From assembly GCA_951406725.2 (NCBI GenBank), contig OX597830.1:30566001-30630000 (forward strand): 64,000 bases of DNA, read 5' to 3'. The notes under the pieces were generated by a model. It made no database searches, was not told the DNA's origin, and was given only the letters and a program-made list of their open reading frames with translations. Source of the stretch: Octopus vulgaris. Its lineage: Eukaryota. Positions 12,739 to 26,510 of this stretch are shown here, piece by piece. The translations under genes were made by a program, and so were the position numbers. Numbering within the stretch: the first letter of the stretch is position 1; the number at the start of each line of letters is the position of its first letter.

Positions 12739-12795
12739 CAGTATATATGTGTGCATATAGAGACACATGGGCACATTATACGCATAACATGAATA

Positions 12796-12833
<38 letters not shown>

Positions 12834-13613
12834 GAAATATCCGAGGTGTGTATATATGTGTGAGCGCGTATGTATGTACGCATGTATGTGTGTACGTACG
12901 TACGTATGTAAGTATGAAAGTATATGTATGTATGTATGTATATAGGTGTATACATAAATTACACATGTATCAATTTGTAGGTGACGACGGGGCTTGATTT
13001 GAAGCCACGAATTAGTATGACTTGGAAATTTTCATTTCGGACTCACTATTTCCAAAGGCAAAATAATTTGTAGTATTCCATAGTGAACAGGTTTGAATTA
13101 TTTAGTTTCTTCCAAACTCAGAGCTCGTCAGCACCTTCTAGTCTACTAATAGATATAGTGATACGGAAAATGCAGCGTGCCGTTTTCACACCAGAACCTC
13201 GTTCTTTAAGTGTCTATTTACGCCAAAGAAAAGCTCTGAGCAAGCACTGAAGTAGGAACTTGAGTATGAGGTGTAGTGAAAGGAGAGATTAAAGTGGAAG
13301 AGTAAAGAGTGTGTGGGGGGGGGGAGAGAAAGAGAGTGCGATAAATTAGCCTCACGGATAAAACACCTCGGTTTATTATGTTTGTACGTGTTACATGTGT
13401 GTACGTAAGCATGCATATCTGATTATCATTACTTTTACTATTATTATTATTATTATTATTAAAAGAAATCATCATCACCATCGTCATCATCATCTTCATC
13501 ATCATAATTTTCATAATCACCATCATTACCATAACTATCATCATCATCATACTATCAACAACACCAGCACAACCACCAACAACACCAACATCATCATCAT
13601 CATCGTCGTCGTC

Positions 13614-13651
<38 letters not shown>

Positions 13652-13664
13652 GGTAGACGATAAT

Positions 13665-13867
13665 AGGCGGAGAGCTGGCAGGATCGTTAGCACGCAGTAT
13701 AAAAATGTTTAGCAGTCTTTACATTCTGAGTTCAAATTCCGCCGAAGTCAACTTTGCCTTTCATCTTTTTGAGGTCGATAAATTAAGTACCAGTCAAACA
13801 CTGAGATAGATGAAATCGACTAGTCACCTCCCCACAAATTTCAGACCTTGTGTCTATAGTAGAAAGG

Positions 13868-13868
<1 letters not shown>
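13665..13868 (+). mobile_element. SINE family B (short-tail variant)
   Basis: GGCGGAGAGCTGGCAG...CTGAGTTCAAATTCCGCCGAAGTCAACTTTGCCTTTCATC...CCTTGTGTCTATAGTAGAAAGG. Confidence 0.85.
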
Positions 13869-13900
<32 letters not shown>

Positions 13901-13997
13901 GTTATTATTATCATCATCATCATCATCGTCATCATCGTCATCATCATCATCGTCATCATCATCGTCATCGTTATCATCATCATTACCATCATCATCA

Positions 13998-14073
<76 letters not shown>
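13868..14073 (+). repeat. compound (ATT)n/(ATC)n microsatellite
   Basis: Read directly. Confidence 0.95.
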
Positions 14074-14074
<1 letters not shown>

Positions 14075-14652
14075 TTGTCTTTGCACAGCTTTTAACGCTG
14101 AAGGTGTACTACGGTGTCAGCCGTTCACTAGAAGTGAACTAAGGTAACCCTTCTTATTTTTCGAGCACCATACAGAGTATTCGAGCGGTTCCAAGCAGTG
14201 CTATATTCTGCAAGTGCTCCACCCTTATTTTCTGCAAGCGCTTCCCCTGTTTGTTCCATGTACTTCTCAATTTTTTAATAACTGTTCTCACAGCACCGAC
14301 AGTTATTGGTACTACTACCACCTTTTTTCAGCGACCACAACTGTTTAACCTCCCAAGCTAACCTGTCACATCTATCGCCTTTTCTTTCTTCCTTATCGCA
14401 TATCTTGCTGTCAGCTGGGCATGCTATATCTATGATCCAGCATCATTTGCTTTCTTTCTCAATTAACACTATGTCTGGTTTCCTATTCTCTATCTCACGG
14501 TCGCACTGAATCATAAAATCCCGTAGGATCTTTGCATTATCATTTTCGATGATGCTTTCGAGTTTATATTCGCACCATTTTTTTGCTTTATCAAGTCCAA
14601 GCTTCTTGCAAAGTGTCCAATGGACAATCCTTGCTATGTTGTCATGACGTCT
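14074..14652 (-). mobile_element. 3' end of R4/Dong-type non-LTR retrotransposon (restriction-like endonuclease domain), decayed
   Basis: Manual minus-strand translation gives RRHDNIARIVHWTLCKK...ENRKPDIVLIEKE..CWIIDIACPAD...VVVVPITVGAV...LLGTARIL, containing RHD and PD..D motifs. It has stops and frameshifts, and (TAA)n at both ends. Confidence 0.88.
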
Positions 14653-14687
14653 ATTATTATTGTTGTTGTTGTTGTTGTTGTTGTTAT

Positions 14688-14945
14688 GCAGCGAGCTGGC
14701 AGAAATGTTAGCACGCCGGGCGAAATGCTTAGCAGTATTTAGTCAGTCTTTACGTTCTGAGTTCAAACTCCGCCGAGGTCGACTTTGCCTTTCATCCTTT
14801 CGGGGGCGATTAAATAAGTACCAGTTACGCACTGGGTTCGATGTAATCGACTTAATCCGTTTGTCTGTCCTTGTTTGTCTTCTCTGTGTTTGCCCCTTGT
14901 GGGTAATAAGGTATTTCGTCTGCCGCTACGTTCTGAGTTCAAATT
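14688..14945 (+). mobile_element. SINE family B plus the start of a second tandem unit
   Basis: A full unit is followed by junction TAATAAG|GTATTTCGTCTGCC at ~14910. Confidence 0.9.
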
Positions 14946-15367
14946 GTGACGTATGTGTTTTATATATACTATACATTTGTCTATTTATGCCGGTCTAATG
15001 TAACAAGCTACTGGATCAGTTTCAATAATCTTACTGAAAACTACATTTGTACTTAGTACTTCTACAGCTCGGTATACAGTAAGGGATATACATATGTATG
15101 TATGTATGTATGCATGTATGTGTGTATGTATGTATGTATGTATGTATGTTTGTATGTATGTATGTATGTATGTATGTATGTATGTATAGACACACACACA
15201 GACATACACATCTATATAAGTACATACAGACATACAGATGCATGTGTGTATACATACATATATATATATATATATATATGCATATATGTATGTATAGGTA
15301 TGTATAGACACACACACAGACATACACATCTATATAAGTACATACAGACATACAGATGCATGTGTGT

Positions 15368-15399
<32 letters not shown>

Positions 15400-15430
15400 G
15401 CATGTATGTATATGTGTGTATATGTATATA

Positions 15431-15467
<37 letters not shown>

Positions 15468-15506
15468 TCCGTCTCTTTTCGCATCTCTTTCCTACCCTTC
15501 TCTCAC

Positions 15507-15543
<37 letters not shown>

Positions 15544-15988
15544 TTCTTTCTTTCTTTCTGACCTATCAGTGTATCAGTCATTATCGATCTTCTTCGCCAA
15601 TACGTGCCAGCACCATCACCACCAGCACCAGCACCAGCACCACCACCACTACCACCACTATCACCAGCACCAGCACCAGCACCACCATCACCACCAACAA
15701 CAATAACACTGCTACGACACCCCCAAGTCGGTTCGACAATGTTCTAGTGAAAGCTTAAGGGAATTAACTAGCCATACTTTCACGCTACTTAAAGGCTGTC
15801 GTTTAGGACCGGCTACGCCAGATCTGTTTCATTGTGCTTCTTCAACCGGCTGTGTTTGGTCTGTTTCAGTGACTGAACCCGCCGTTGGGTGGTTGCATGC
15901 GTATAAGTTGCGCGTGTATATTTGTGTGTGTGTGAGTGTTAATGAGGGTGTGTGTCTTAATATGTGAGTGTAGGTGTTTAATGTATGT

Positions 15989-16040
<52 letters not shown>

Positions 16041-16132
16041 TAATGCGCCTGTGTATTTATGTACGTATATATGGCGAAATAAACCTGCCGTTGGGAGGCT
16101 GTGGATACAGTTCTGGGAGGCTGTGGATACAG

Positions 16133-16188
<56 letters not shown>

Positions 16189-16296
16189 CAACGTGTGCTA
16201 ATGTGTTTGTGTTTGTGTTTAAGTGTGTGCCGGTTAATGCGTGTGTGTGCGCGTAATTGGGAAAATGAACCTTCCATTGAGAGGTTGTGCATACAA

Positions 16297-16351
<55 letters not shown>

Positions 16352-16826
16352 TGTGTGTGTGTGTGTGCCAACGTGTCGAGTGTGTATGTGTGTGTATGTA
16401 TGTATGTATGTATGTATGTATGTATGTGCACACGACTGTTTGTGTGTGTGTGTGCGTGTATGTTTGGTTGTAGTTGAGTGTATGTGTGAATATATGTATA
16501 AGACAGTGAACCTAGCGTTGAAAGAGTGTGCGTGCACTTAGCATGTGTGCGTACGCGCCTGTGTTCTTGGTTGCATCTGTTTGTGTGTGTTAATGTGTGT
16601 GCATGTATATGTATATATAAGTATAAGCATCCCTTTGAGAGGACATGTATGTAGTTAGTACTGTGGTGAATGTGTAAGTGTATGTAATGTAAGCAAGTAT
16701 GTATATAAGTGTATGTATGTATGTATGTGTGTATGTATGTATGTGTGTATGTATGTATGTATGTATGTATGTATGTATGTATGTATGTATGTATGTGTGT
16801 GTATGTATATATGTATCTCTGCATAG

Positions 16827-17016
16827 TCTTTTTACTCTTTTACTTGTTTCAGTCATTTGACTGCAGCCATGCTGGAGCACCGCCTTTAGTCGAACTATTC
16901 GACCCCAGGACTTATTCTTTGGAAGCCTAGTACTTATTCTATCGGTTCTTTTGCCGAATCGCTAGGTTACGGAGACAAACCAGCATCGGTTGTTAAGCGA
17001 TGTTGGACACACACAC

Positions 17017-17091
<75 letters not shown>

Positions 17092-17250
17092 CGACGCACT
17101 TCTTTCAGTTTCCGTCAACCAAATCCACTCACAAGGCTTTAGTCGGCCCGAGGCTATAGTAGAAGACACTTGCCCAAGGTGCCACGCAGTGGGACTGAAC
17201 CCGGAACCATGTGGTTGGTAAGCAAGCTAGTCACCACACAGCCACTCCTG
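16827..17250 (-). mobile_element. SINE family A, near full length
   Basis: Reverse complement of 17815-18240. Confidence 0.92.
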
Positions 17251-17814
17251 GGTTTGTGCTTTGTGTCTGCGTTTCTTAATTAATGCATGTTTATTTTGTG
17301 GGGGGGGTATGAGAGAACCTGCTTTTGGAAGGATATATAAGTAGTTCTATATGGGTAGGGTTCTTTTTTTTTATGCGTATATGTATCAGCGTATGTGAAG
17401 GAGTGAAACTGTTGTCAGGGAGCGGGTATAATGAGGCCGACGACCCTTTGAGATGGGGAAGGGCATAGTCATTCGGATGTACGGATGTCGATATATGCAT
17501 GCGAGATGGTTAATATATTTATACATTCACACACACAAACACACATCATACAGGGAGAGAGAGAGGGTGGGGTGTAACTGAATAAATCGACCACAATACG
17601 TTTCATTAATTAATTTTATTTATTTATTTATTTATTTTTCTTTACAGGCCTCCTTTGCCGAACTGCTAATTACGGAACGTAAACAAACCAACACCAGTTG
17701 TCAAGTTGCGATGTGAGGTGAACTCAGAGAGACAAACATACACAGGTAATCGGTGATGTAACATCTGATAGCCAGGTCAGTCAGGCGATCACGTGATATA
17801 TATATATATATATA

Positions 17815-17985
17815 GGCGCAGGAGTGGCTGTGTGGTAGGTAGCTTGCTAACCAACCACATGGTTCCGGGTTCAGTCCCACTGCGTGGCATCTTGGGCAAG
17901 TGTCTTCTGCTATATCCCCGGGCCGACCAATGCCTTGTGAGTGGATTTGGTAGACGGAAACAGAAAGAAGCCTGTCGTATATATG

Positions 17986-18030
<45 letters not shown>

Positions 18031-18237
18031 CTGTGTTTGTCCCCCTAGCATTGCTTGACAACCGATGCTGGTGTATTTACGTCCCCGTCACTTAGCGGTT
18101 CGGCAAAAGAGACCGATAGAATAAGTACTGGGCTTACAAAGAATAAGTCCCGGGGTCGATTTGCTCGACTAAAGGCGGTGCTCCAGCATGGCCGCAGTCA
18201 AATGACTGAAACAAGTAAAAGAGTAAAGAGTAAAGAG

Positions 18238-18240
<3 letters not shown>
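17815..18240 (+). mobile_element. SINE family A, full length
   Basis: GGCGCAGGAGTGGCTGTGTGGT (A box), GGTTCAGTCCC (B box), internal (TA)/(TG) and a (GAGTAAA)n tail. Confidence 0.95.
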
Positions 18241-18279
<39 letters not shown>

Positions 18280-18282
18280 TCG

Positions 18283-18632
18283 TGGTACTTCATTGGTTGC
18301 GACGACGTGGGTTCCAGTTGATCCGATCAACGGAAACAGCCTGCTCGTGAAATTAATGTTTAAGTGGCTGAGTACTCCACAGACACGTGTACCCTTAACG
18401 TAGTTCTCGGGGGAGATTCAGCATGATGCAGTGTGTGAAATACTGGTACAACAGAAACAGGAAGAAAGAGCGAGAGAAAGATGGAGGTGAAAAAAGTACA
18501 GCAGGGTTCGCCACCACCACCCTGCCGAAGATTCGTGGAGCTTTAGATGTTTTCGCTCAATAAACACTCACAACGCCCGATCCGGGAATCGAAACCGCGA
18601 GTCCGCTGCCCTAACCACTAAGCCATTACGCC
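18283..18632 (-). mobile_element. SINE family C (tRNA-derived)
   Basis: Reverse complement of 40176-40554, including GGGAATCGAAACCGCG and CCCTAACCAC. Confidence 0.9.
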
Positions 18633-18960
18633 AATATGTGTGTGTGTGTACGACTGGTTTGTACGTGGGTAGAATAAGACTAATACAGATGAAATAATCA
18701 ATAAGTATACAGATTAAATGCCCTCAATTTGATTTATGGTTTCACTTCTCTTTAACTTTATCTTTTTTCTCCAAGGTCAGCGCTGGCATAATCTTTTACT
18801 TGCTTCAGTCATTAGAAATGTGGTCATGCTGAAGCACCGGCTTCAAGGGTTAGATTAAAAATAAATCGTCAGCGGGTATTTTGTAAACTTGTTATTCTAC
18901 CGGCGCCCTTTTGTCGAAACGTTAAGTTACAGGGACGACCAGCACCGGTTGTCAAGCGGT

Positions 18961-19187
18961 TGAGCTGGCAGAAACGTTAGCATGCCGGATGAAATGCTTA
19001 GCGGTATTTCATCTGTCGTTACGTTCTGAGTTCAAATTCCGCCGAGGTTGACTTTGCCTTTCATCCTTTCGGGGTCGATAAATTAAGTACCAGTTCCGCA
19101 CTGGGGTCGATGCATTCGACTTAATACCTATGTCTGTCCTTGTTTGTCCCCTCTATGTTTAGCCCCTTGTGGGTTATAAAGAAATAG
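18961..19187 (+). mobile_element. SINE family B nested in a decayed SINE A(-) (18790-18960)
   Basis: GAGCTGGCAGAAACGTTAGC...GCCCCTTGTGGGTTATAAAGAAATAG. Confidence 0.9.
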
Positions 19188-19483
19188 GTTGTTACACACA
19201 CGCGCACGCACACATACGCACGCACACACACACATACACACACAGTCACGAACTATCATCAAAAATGATCCAGTCGTGAACATCCCATATTTTATTTCCT
19301 TTTATTTCATTTTATTCTATTTGTAGAAATGGCGTATATGGGTCTATATTATCCAGTATGTCCACCATTCTTCAAGATAGGAATGTGTAGTTTTTAAAAA
19401 GGCTAATTTGATATTATTTCTCAGTCTATTTTAATAGCTCGAAAAAATTCTTCCACGGTTTTGAATTTTTACAATTTTTTTAT

Positions 19484-19914
19484 CGTGGTTATGTGATAAG
19501 AAGTTTGTTTCTTAACCACGTGAGTCCGAGTTCAATCCGACAACGTGAAAACTTGGGTAAGTCTCTTCTGCTATAGTTCTGGGCTGATCAAAGCCTTTTG
19601 AGTGGATTTGGTAGACGGAAACTGGAAGATGCATTTCGTGTATGTGTGTGTGTGTGTGTGTGTGCTGTGTGTGTGTGCATATATGTGTAGCTAAGCGCGT
19701 GACTTTTTCTTTGTTTTTTGTGTTTATCTCCCACCACAGATTGACAACCGGTGATGGATTCTTTACGCCATAGTAACCTAGTGGTCGGCAAAAGAGACCG
19801 ATAGAATAAGTACCATGCTTTAAAAACAACCACAGGGTTCGATTTGTTCTACTAAACCCCTCAAGGCGGTGCACCAGCATGGCCGCAGTTCAATAACTGA
19901 AGCAAGCAAAAGAT
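19484..19914 (+). mobile_element. SINE family A, diverged
   Basis: GAGTGGATTTGGTAGACGGAAACTG and GGCAAAAGAGACCGATAGAATAAGTACC. Confidence 0.85.
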
Positions 19915-21419
19915 TTTACATCTTCCCCACAATCTGTGGGGAAGACGTAAACGTTATTTTTGCTCCAATAAAAACAAAGCTTCCTCGTAATTATTCTACC
20001 TGATAGAGCAAGCAGTCAAATCGCCCTCAAAATACTGCCTACGATCTTAAAATGGACGATTGGAACACCTATTAGAAAAATTAATTTTTCAAACAGTATT
20101 CTGTAACATTTACCCCAACCTAGATGAGACAACGCCTTCAAAGAGACAATCTATTATATTATTCCTTGTCACATAAGATTTGTAAGGGGGTTATTCATTT
20201 GATCGACCTCAGGAAAATAAAAAGCAAACTCAACCACCACAGAAGAAAAGGACAAATATTATTCAACTGAGAGACTGTTCTAACAATAAAACGTCAACAG
20301 ACCAAAACAAACTAGCAAAGATGATTTAGTCAGGGGAAGAAAAGCGGTTTAGTGCCCAAGGTCATTTGCAAGGCTTCCAAGACTAGAAAAAGAAGTGAAG
20401 GATTTATTTCCATGCCGAAGACCCTGTCCTAATGCGAACAATAGGGTTTATTTCACTAAAAACATGCGATAGTCACTTGGTATTGTTAATTAAAGCAGAG
20501 TACAAATTAAATCTCCTAAGAAAAAATAGGAATAATCCATCCGATATGTTTCTTATCAAATTGACTCACAAAGCTTGCGTTACTCACTTAAGGATGATGC
20601 GGGAAGGCTAAGTTAAATAACGCTTAGGAAATGTTTTTGCTTAGTAGGCTTGGACTATGAGACCGAGAAGCGAACTACCTAACACTCAACGACATACTTG
20701 CAATTAAATACAGAATATGTTCTGACAACGAAAAATATAATCGACGGTTTATTGAGACCGCTACAACATAAAGTCTTCAGGAGAAAGTTTGAAGTTAATT
20801 AAGGTAAACACAGTACGCTTTATCGTCATGGACCTCGATTGCATTTGAACAAATACGGATTAGGGAAGGAAGTAATATTTAGGCGTATTAAATCTGGGTC
20901 CCTTTCACATCTTTAGAATCACACACAGTGCCGTCTTCAAGTGGGAAGTTGCATTGTATAACAGAATCTTAAATATACACGGTCTAAAACAAAAACGTGA
21001 GAGTCACAACTGAAGACACCATTGATCATGGGTTTCTCGATCAGACTTGACATGAGACAAAAAAAAAAGAAAATCCATAATATTAGGGACATGAAGGTGT
21101 GTGTATATATGTTAATGTATATGTGTCTAAATTGACATTTGTAAGTCCATGCACTTTCTTCATATATTTATCAATGGGTGTATCTATATAAGTATGTATG
21201 CGTATGTTTGGATGTGCGTGCGTATATTTATACATATGTTCATCTCAACGTAATCTAGCCACGCATCAATGGCTAGCAGAATGTGTTAAAGAATGTACGT
21301 AAATATGTGCGCATATATATATATATGTATATATAAATATATGTGTATGTGTATATATATATATGTATATATAAATATTTGTGTATGTGTATATATATAT
21401 GTATATATGTATGTATGTA

Positions 21420-21459
<40 letters not shown>

Positions 21460-21511
21460 CATATATATAAGCACATATATACATATGCATATATATACAT
21501 ATGCATATATA

Positions 21512-21558
<47 letters not shown>

Positions 21559-21849
21559 GTATGTATGCATGTATGTGTGTATGTTTATAGGTATATATTA
21601 CATACATGTTTTATGTGTTGTGTGTGTGGGTGTGAATGTGTATCGCATTTGTGTCTGTTATATACATAATGTATATCCCATGTGTAGCAAAGTATGAACT
21701 TTATGCTAATGTGAATAGCTGTAGAGGAAATACCACAAAGACTGAGTGGCATAATTTCAGAGAAAACAAAAGTTCACCAAAATACCTAAGAAGAACGAGG
21801 CGGAGAAGGAATGGGAGTGGGGGTGAAAGAGTGAGAAGGAGGGAAGGAA

Positions 21850-22015
21850 GATGAGGAAGAAGGAGGAGAAGAGGAAGAGGAGGAGGAGGAAGAAGAAGAA
21901 GAAGAAGAAGAAGAAGAAGAAGGAGGAGGAGAAGAAGAGGAAGAATAATACGAAGAAGAAGTAGAAGAAGAGGAAGAAAGAGAAGAAGGAGAAGAAGAAG
22001 AAGAAGAAGAAGAAA
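21850..22015 (+). repeat. (GAA)/(GAG)n purine tract
   Basis: Read directly. Confidence 0.9.
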
Positions 22016-22795
22016 GTAGGATATATGTTCCAATTTAAAAATGACTTCATGGGATATTCATGTGTATGTATGTACATATGTGTGTGTGTGTGTGTGTATT
22101 TGTGCATATACATACATATTACACACATGTGTATATCTACTCATATATATATATATATATATTTATTTTGTATCACATACATACGAACGCATTATGCGAG
22201 GAAGGCAAGCATATACATACATACATACATATATTGACACACGAATGTATACCAACAAATACAATTGTACACATACAATTGTACACACACGCATGACTAC
22301 ATACATGCGTGTGCGTGTGTTTGTGTATGTGTGTACAGATACACACACATATATACGTTATATGTATATTATATACATATATGTGGGTGCGTTGCATGTG
22401 CTGTGTGTGTGTGTGTGCTTGTGTGTGTGTGTGTGTATGCATATTAAACAAAAAGAAAATGATCAAAATTATTAGTTTGTCGCTCTGAGAAGTGGACAGT
22501 CTTATTTATGACGCTTCGGATATAGTTTTTCTTCGGAATTAAAGACGAAGAATAGAAAGTAAAAGATGAAAAAAGAATCCAGTTGAGGTAGTTTATATGT
22601 GTTGATATCTTACATAGAAGTCGTTGACTGACCGGAATTGTTGGTTGTTCTAATTAGATGTTCAGAACAAGGAGAGTAAATGGAAGATGAATTGCATGCT
22701 TGAATATGTTTGGTGTATGTGTATGAGAGAGTTTTGAAGAGTAGTAATGTGCGGTTCTGTTGTGTCGTGTTATTTTGTCTGTGTATATGTATCTT

Positions 22796-22847
<52 letters not shown>

Positions 22848-22849
22848 GT

Positions 22850-23197
22850 GTAATAAATAAAATATATGCATACATACAAACATATATGTACGTACCTACA
22901 TCTACATGTATATATACATGCATATATAAATATATATATACGTGTGTACAGGACACCACAAATAGACGTAGAACTCAACGAGAAACGAAAACGTAAAAAC
23001 AGCATGGAACGGACCATTTTTTAACAACGAAAAAACAGAGTACAAGACAACTACCCAAGGAAAAATCCCCTTCATCAGCTGTCCCTAGTTCAACTCCAGC
23101 GTGTTTCGAAGGTGAGGACAGAACACGTCTCGTCGAACTAGTCCTTCCTGTGAAAGAATTAAATAAAATTCCTTTGCAGAGGGGTAAAAACAAGGGG

Positions 23198-23198
<1 letters not shown>
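22850..23198. mobile_element. (TA)n-embedded interspersed repeat, probable Penelope-like terminus (second copy at 34945-35245)
   Basis: GTACAGGACACCA...GAGAAACGAAAAC...CAAGGAAAA-TCCCCTTC-TCAG...GTTTCGAAGGTGA is shared with 35030-35245. Confidence 0.7.
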
Positions 23199-23243
<45 letters not shown>

Positions 23244-23794
23244 GGTATATGTGAGTGATGGTGTCAAATGAGACATAACATGTTGGATATGCTGATGCAT
23301 CTAAAAGTGGTATATATTTGAAGGGAGCAAATAAAGTGCTGCTCTTCGGCCATTTCTTTTACATACTCAAGCACAAGTATACACAAACACTCACACACAC
23401 ACATATGCAATTATTTGTAATTAATGTTCTTTTACAAAGCACATCATATGGCTATTTGTTCAGAGCTTAATATGTTATACCCAAATATAGACGTGTATAA
23501 GTGATAAAGACTATAGAGTCAAATACAAGGAAAGACTAATCTAATTACTTGTTTTTACTTAACCTACATTTTGCCAATACTTTACATATGGTTATTACAC
23601 AATGTGCTATGTAAAACAATCCGGCATTACGTCTTCAGAGAGGAAAATAATTGATTAATGCTGAAACGTACGTAGAGAATGAATATAATTAGATTCAAAC
23701 TGTTGTGTTTCCATTTGTTATTGAATCATTGTATATATCGGGCTGAACAAAGCTTCGTTAGTGATTTGGTAGAAAGAAACTGAAACAAGCCCTT

Positions 23795-23870
<76 letters not shown>

Positions 23871-24659
23871 TGTGTGCGTGTGAATGTGTTATTAGAATTT
23901 TTCTCTGTATTCGAGCTTTGCGAGTGATAAGCTCGTATGGAGTGAAAAATAAGGCCATTCGTTATTAAACTATTCTGTTTAATCATAACGCCTTATATAA
24001 TATTAAATTTAACTAACCTTGTTTTGAGCCCCTTAATTGCGACTTTTCAAATATATTTATGTGTATGTGTTTCTACGTATATTTACACACACACACACAC
24101 AAATGAGGGCCATACACAGGTTCATATATCTCCATACACATGATGTATCTGGTATGAATATCTAAATGTGTGCAAAGTCATGTTCATAAACACAACATAT
24201 TTACTTATTTCTTAATTCATAATAAGTCATTCGATAGGTGTCTCTCACTGTCTATCATTCTTCACTAGCACAACCCGACGAGCGATTCTCTAGATGTCAC
24301 CTAGAAACAGCACGTAAATTTCCCAAGAATCAAACATTATTATCTTGAGACTACGATAAGCACATAAGACTACGTACTTTTTCACATATAAATACCGTAT
24401 TTTGCAGCATTGAAGTCGAATTTGTCAGACGAGAATTTACAACCAAAAAAGGGTAGGTCGATTTACACAACAAGACAACTTTGGAGGACTAAAAATTCCA
24501 TGAAAATGTAAAAGGATTTGGAAAGATAGTGACGATGTCTGAATGCTTGCGTTGCATGTTTACATTATATACGAAGGTGACTTCTGTGCTTGAAAATAGG
24601 ATTATCGAAACGGTTATAGCTGGAAACGCTAAATATAGATATTCAGACGATTATGACTA

Positions 24660-25360
24660 TTGGCACTCCATCTGTTACGATGACGAGGGTGCTAGCTGAC
24701 CCGGTCAACTGAACAACATGTTCGTGAAATTAATGTGATCACTTCATAGTACCCTACCGTCGTTCTCAGGGAGATTGTGTGACGTAGGATGTGACAATGC
24801 TGCCCCTTTGAAATACAGATATTACTAGGAATTTTTTCCCAGCTGAGGAAACTGGAAAAACGTGAAATAAAGTGTCTTACTCAAGGACCACAGCCCTTGT
24901 CTCACGGCCATGCAACATAGCTGTTTGTACACAGGCCTCATACAACCTGCATGTCACTCTGAAGGAGAGACTCTTCATAGGCGATTTGAAACTTTTGTAC
25001 GGCGTCTCATAAGAATTTTCCTCTTCCTGGGAATTTTGTTCTTGCATACAGTGGTCTTTCTCTCCAGGACACATTTGTAGCATATGGCTTGCGGTCAACA
25101 GAACAACATGTTCGTGAAATTAATGTGATCACTTCATAGACAAGCGTACCCTATTGACGTTCTCGGGGAGATTGCGTGACAAAGGATGTGACAAAGCTGG
25201 CCCTTTGAAATACAGATATTACTAGGATTTTTTTTCCCAGCTGAGGGAACTAGAAAAACGTGAAATGAAGTGTCTTACTCAAGGACAAAGCACGCTGCCG
25301 AGTATAGAACTCACGGTTTGACCATCGTAAGCCGTATATCCGAAGCACTATTCCACGATC
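24660..25360 (-). mobile_element. two tandem copies of a SINE D variant separated by an RTE fragment
   Basis: 24702-24886 matches 25092-25286, including private variants (GATATTACTAGGA). Confidence 0.8.
24887..24980 (-). mobile_element. small RTE-type LINE fragment
   Basis: KSLSFRVTCRLYEACVQTAMLHGRETRAV resembles the RTE motif LY..CV...MLYGSETW. Confidence 0.7.
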
Positions 25361-26106
25361 TTACAACTAACCTGGGGTTAAACAACAACAACAACAACAA
25401 TAAATTAACAAAATAATCAAATAAATAAATAATACATGTAAAAGCAATTGCCAAACAACCTTAACAATCAACGAGCCACCCAAACAACCACCCAAACTGA
25501 GCAGCTACCATTCAACAAAGGAATAAGCCAGCGAGATGATAGACAACGTGGTGTCATCAAGGTAGACAACTGCTATCAGTTACATGTGTGAAGAAGTCCC
25601 TTTTGAAAGTTTACAAATAACAAAAGAACAAGAGTCGATAGTGTTTAGTTGTCTGTCTATCAGTGAAGCGATCAACAGTTATTTAGCAAAGGAAACCTGT
25701 TCGGGGTCACTGAAGATACACACCGCCATTTTTTTTTCTTTCTTTTGCTTTTTAACCATGCTAATTAATCAAATACATCAGACTCTTTATTTTCTTCTCT
25801 TAAAAATCGCTGTATTAACAAATAAATAAATAATAGATAAATAAGTGAATAAATAGAAATTGTGATGTTTTGTTTTGTTATTTTTTTTTCCATGCTTTGG
25901 TACTGGTGTCATTACCTTTGTTTTGTTCGCTTGTAGTGTTGCTTCCATATATTTTACACACACATACACACACACACACAAAACACAGTGACTGACACGT
26001 AGATAGATATATTTTTTTAATGTTTGCTTTCTATGCTTAGTTATAATAAAAGCAATTTTACATTAAACTGAGCGGTTACCCTATACTTCTGTAGAGTACA
26101 AGTTTA

Positions 26107-26368
26107 CAATAATCCCTCACCATATCGTGATTCGCCTATCGCGGTTCGCCTATCGCGGTTCACCTATCGCGGTTCACCTATCGCAGTTTATTATTTAAGC
26201 CTATGTCGATTCCTCCTTGGTGTTGTTTTGCATTTATAATAAAATAAATATACATAATTTATAAGAATAATTTCAAAAAATATACAGTACAGTACTGTTT
26301 CTACTTCGCGGATTTTCACCTATCGCGGGAGTGGGGGTTTGGAACGTAACACCCGCGTGGGATTATTG
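26107..26368. mobile_element. Tc1/mariner-pogo (Tigger-like) MITE
   Basis: TA|CAATAATCCC...GGGATTATTG|TA: TIRs with a TA target duplication. Internal 14-bp TTCRCCTATCGCGG x4 at 26131-26186. Confidence 0.85.
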
Positions 26369-26451
26369 TATTCTTAATCAAGAATATTGTTCATAGTGAT
26401 TTTCTCATGGCTTAACAAGCCGAAACTTCAGAGTCACTAAATACAATATTC

Positions 26452-26510
<59 letters not shown>

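Noticed and set aside
23065-23125. GAAA...CUGAnGA order (type II hammerhead-like) in the 22850/34945 family and in 37001/39072
   Set aside because: Stems I and II could not be paired consistently between copies.
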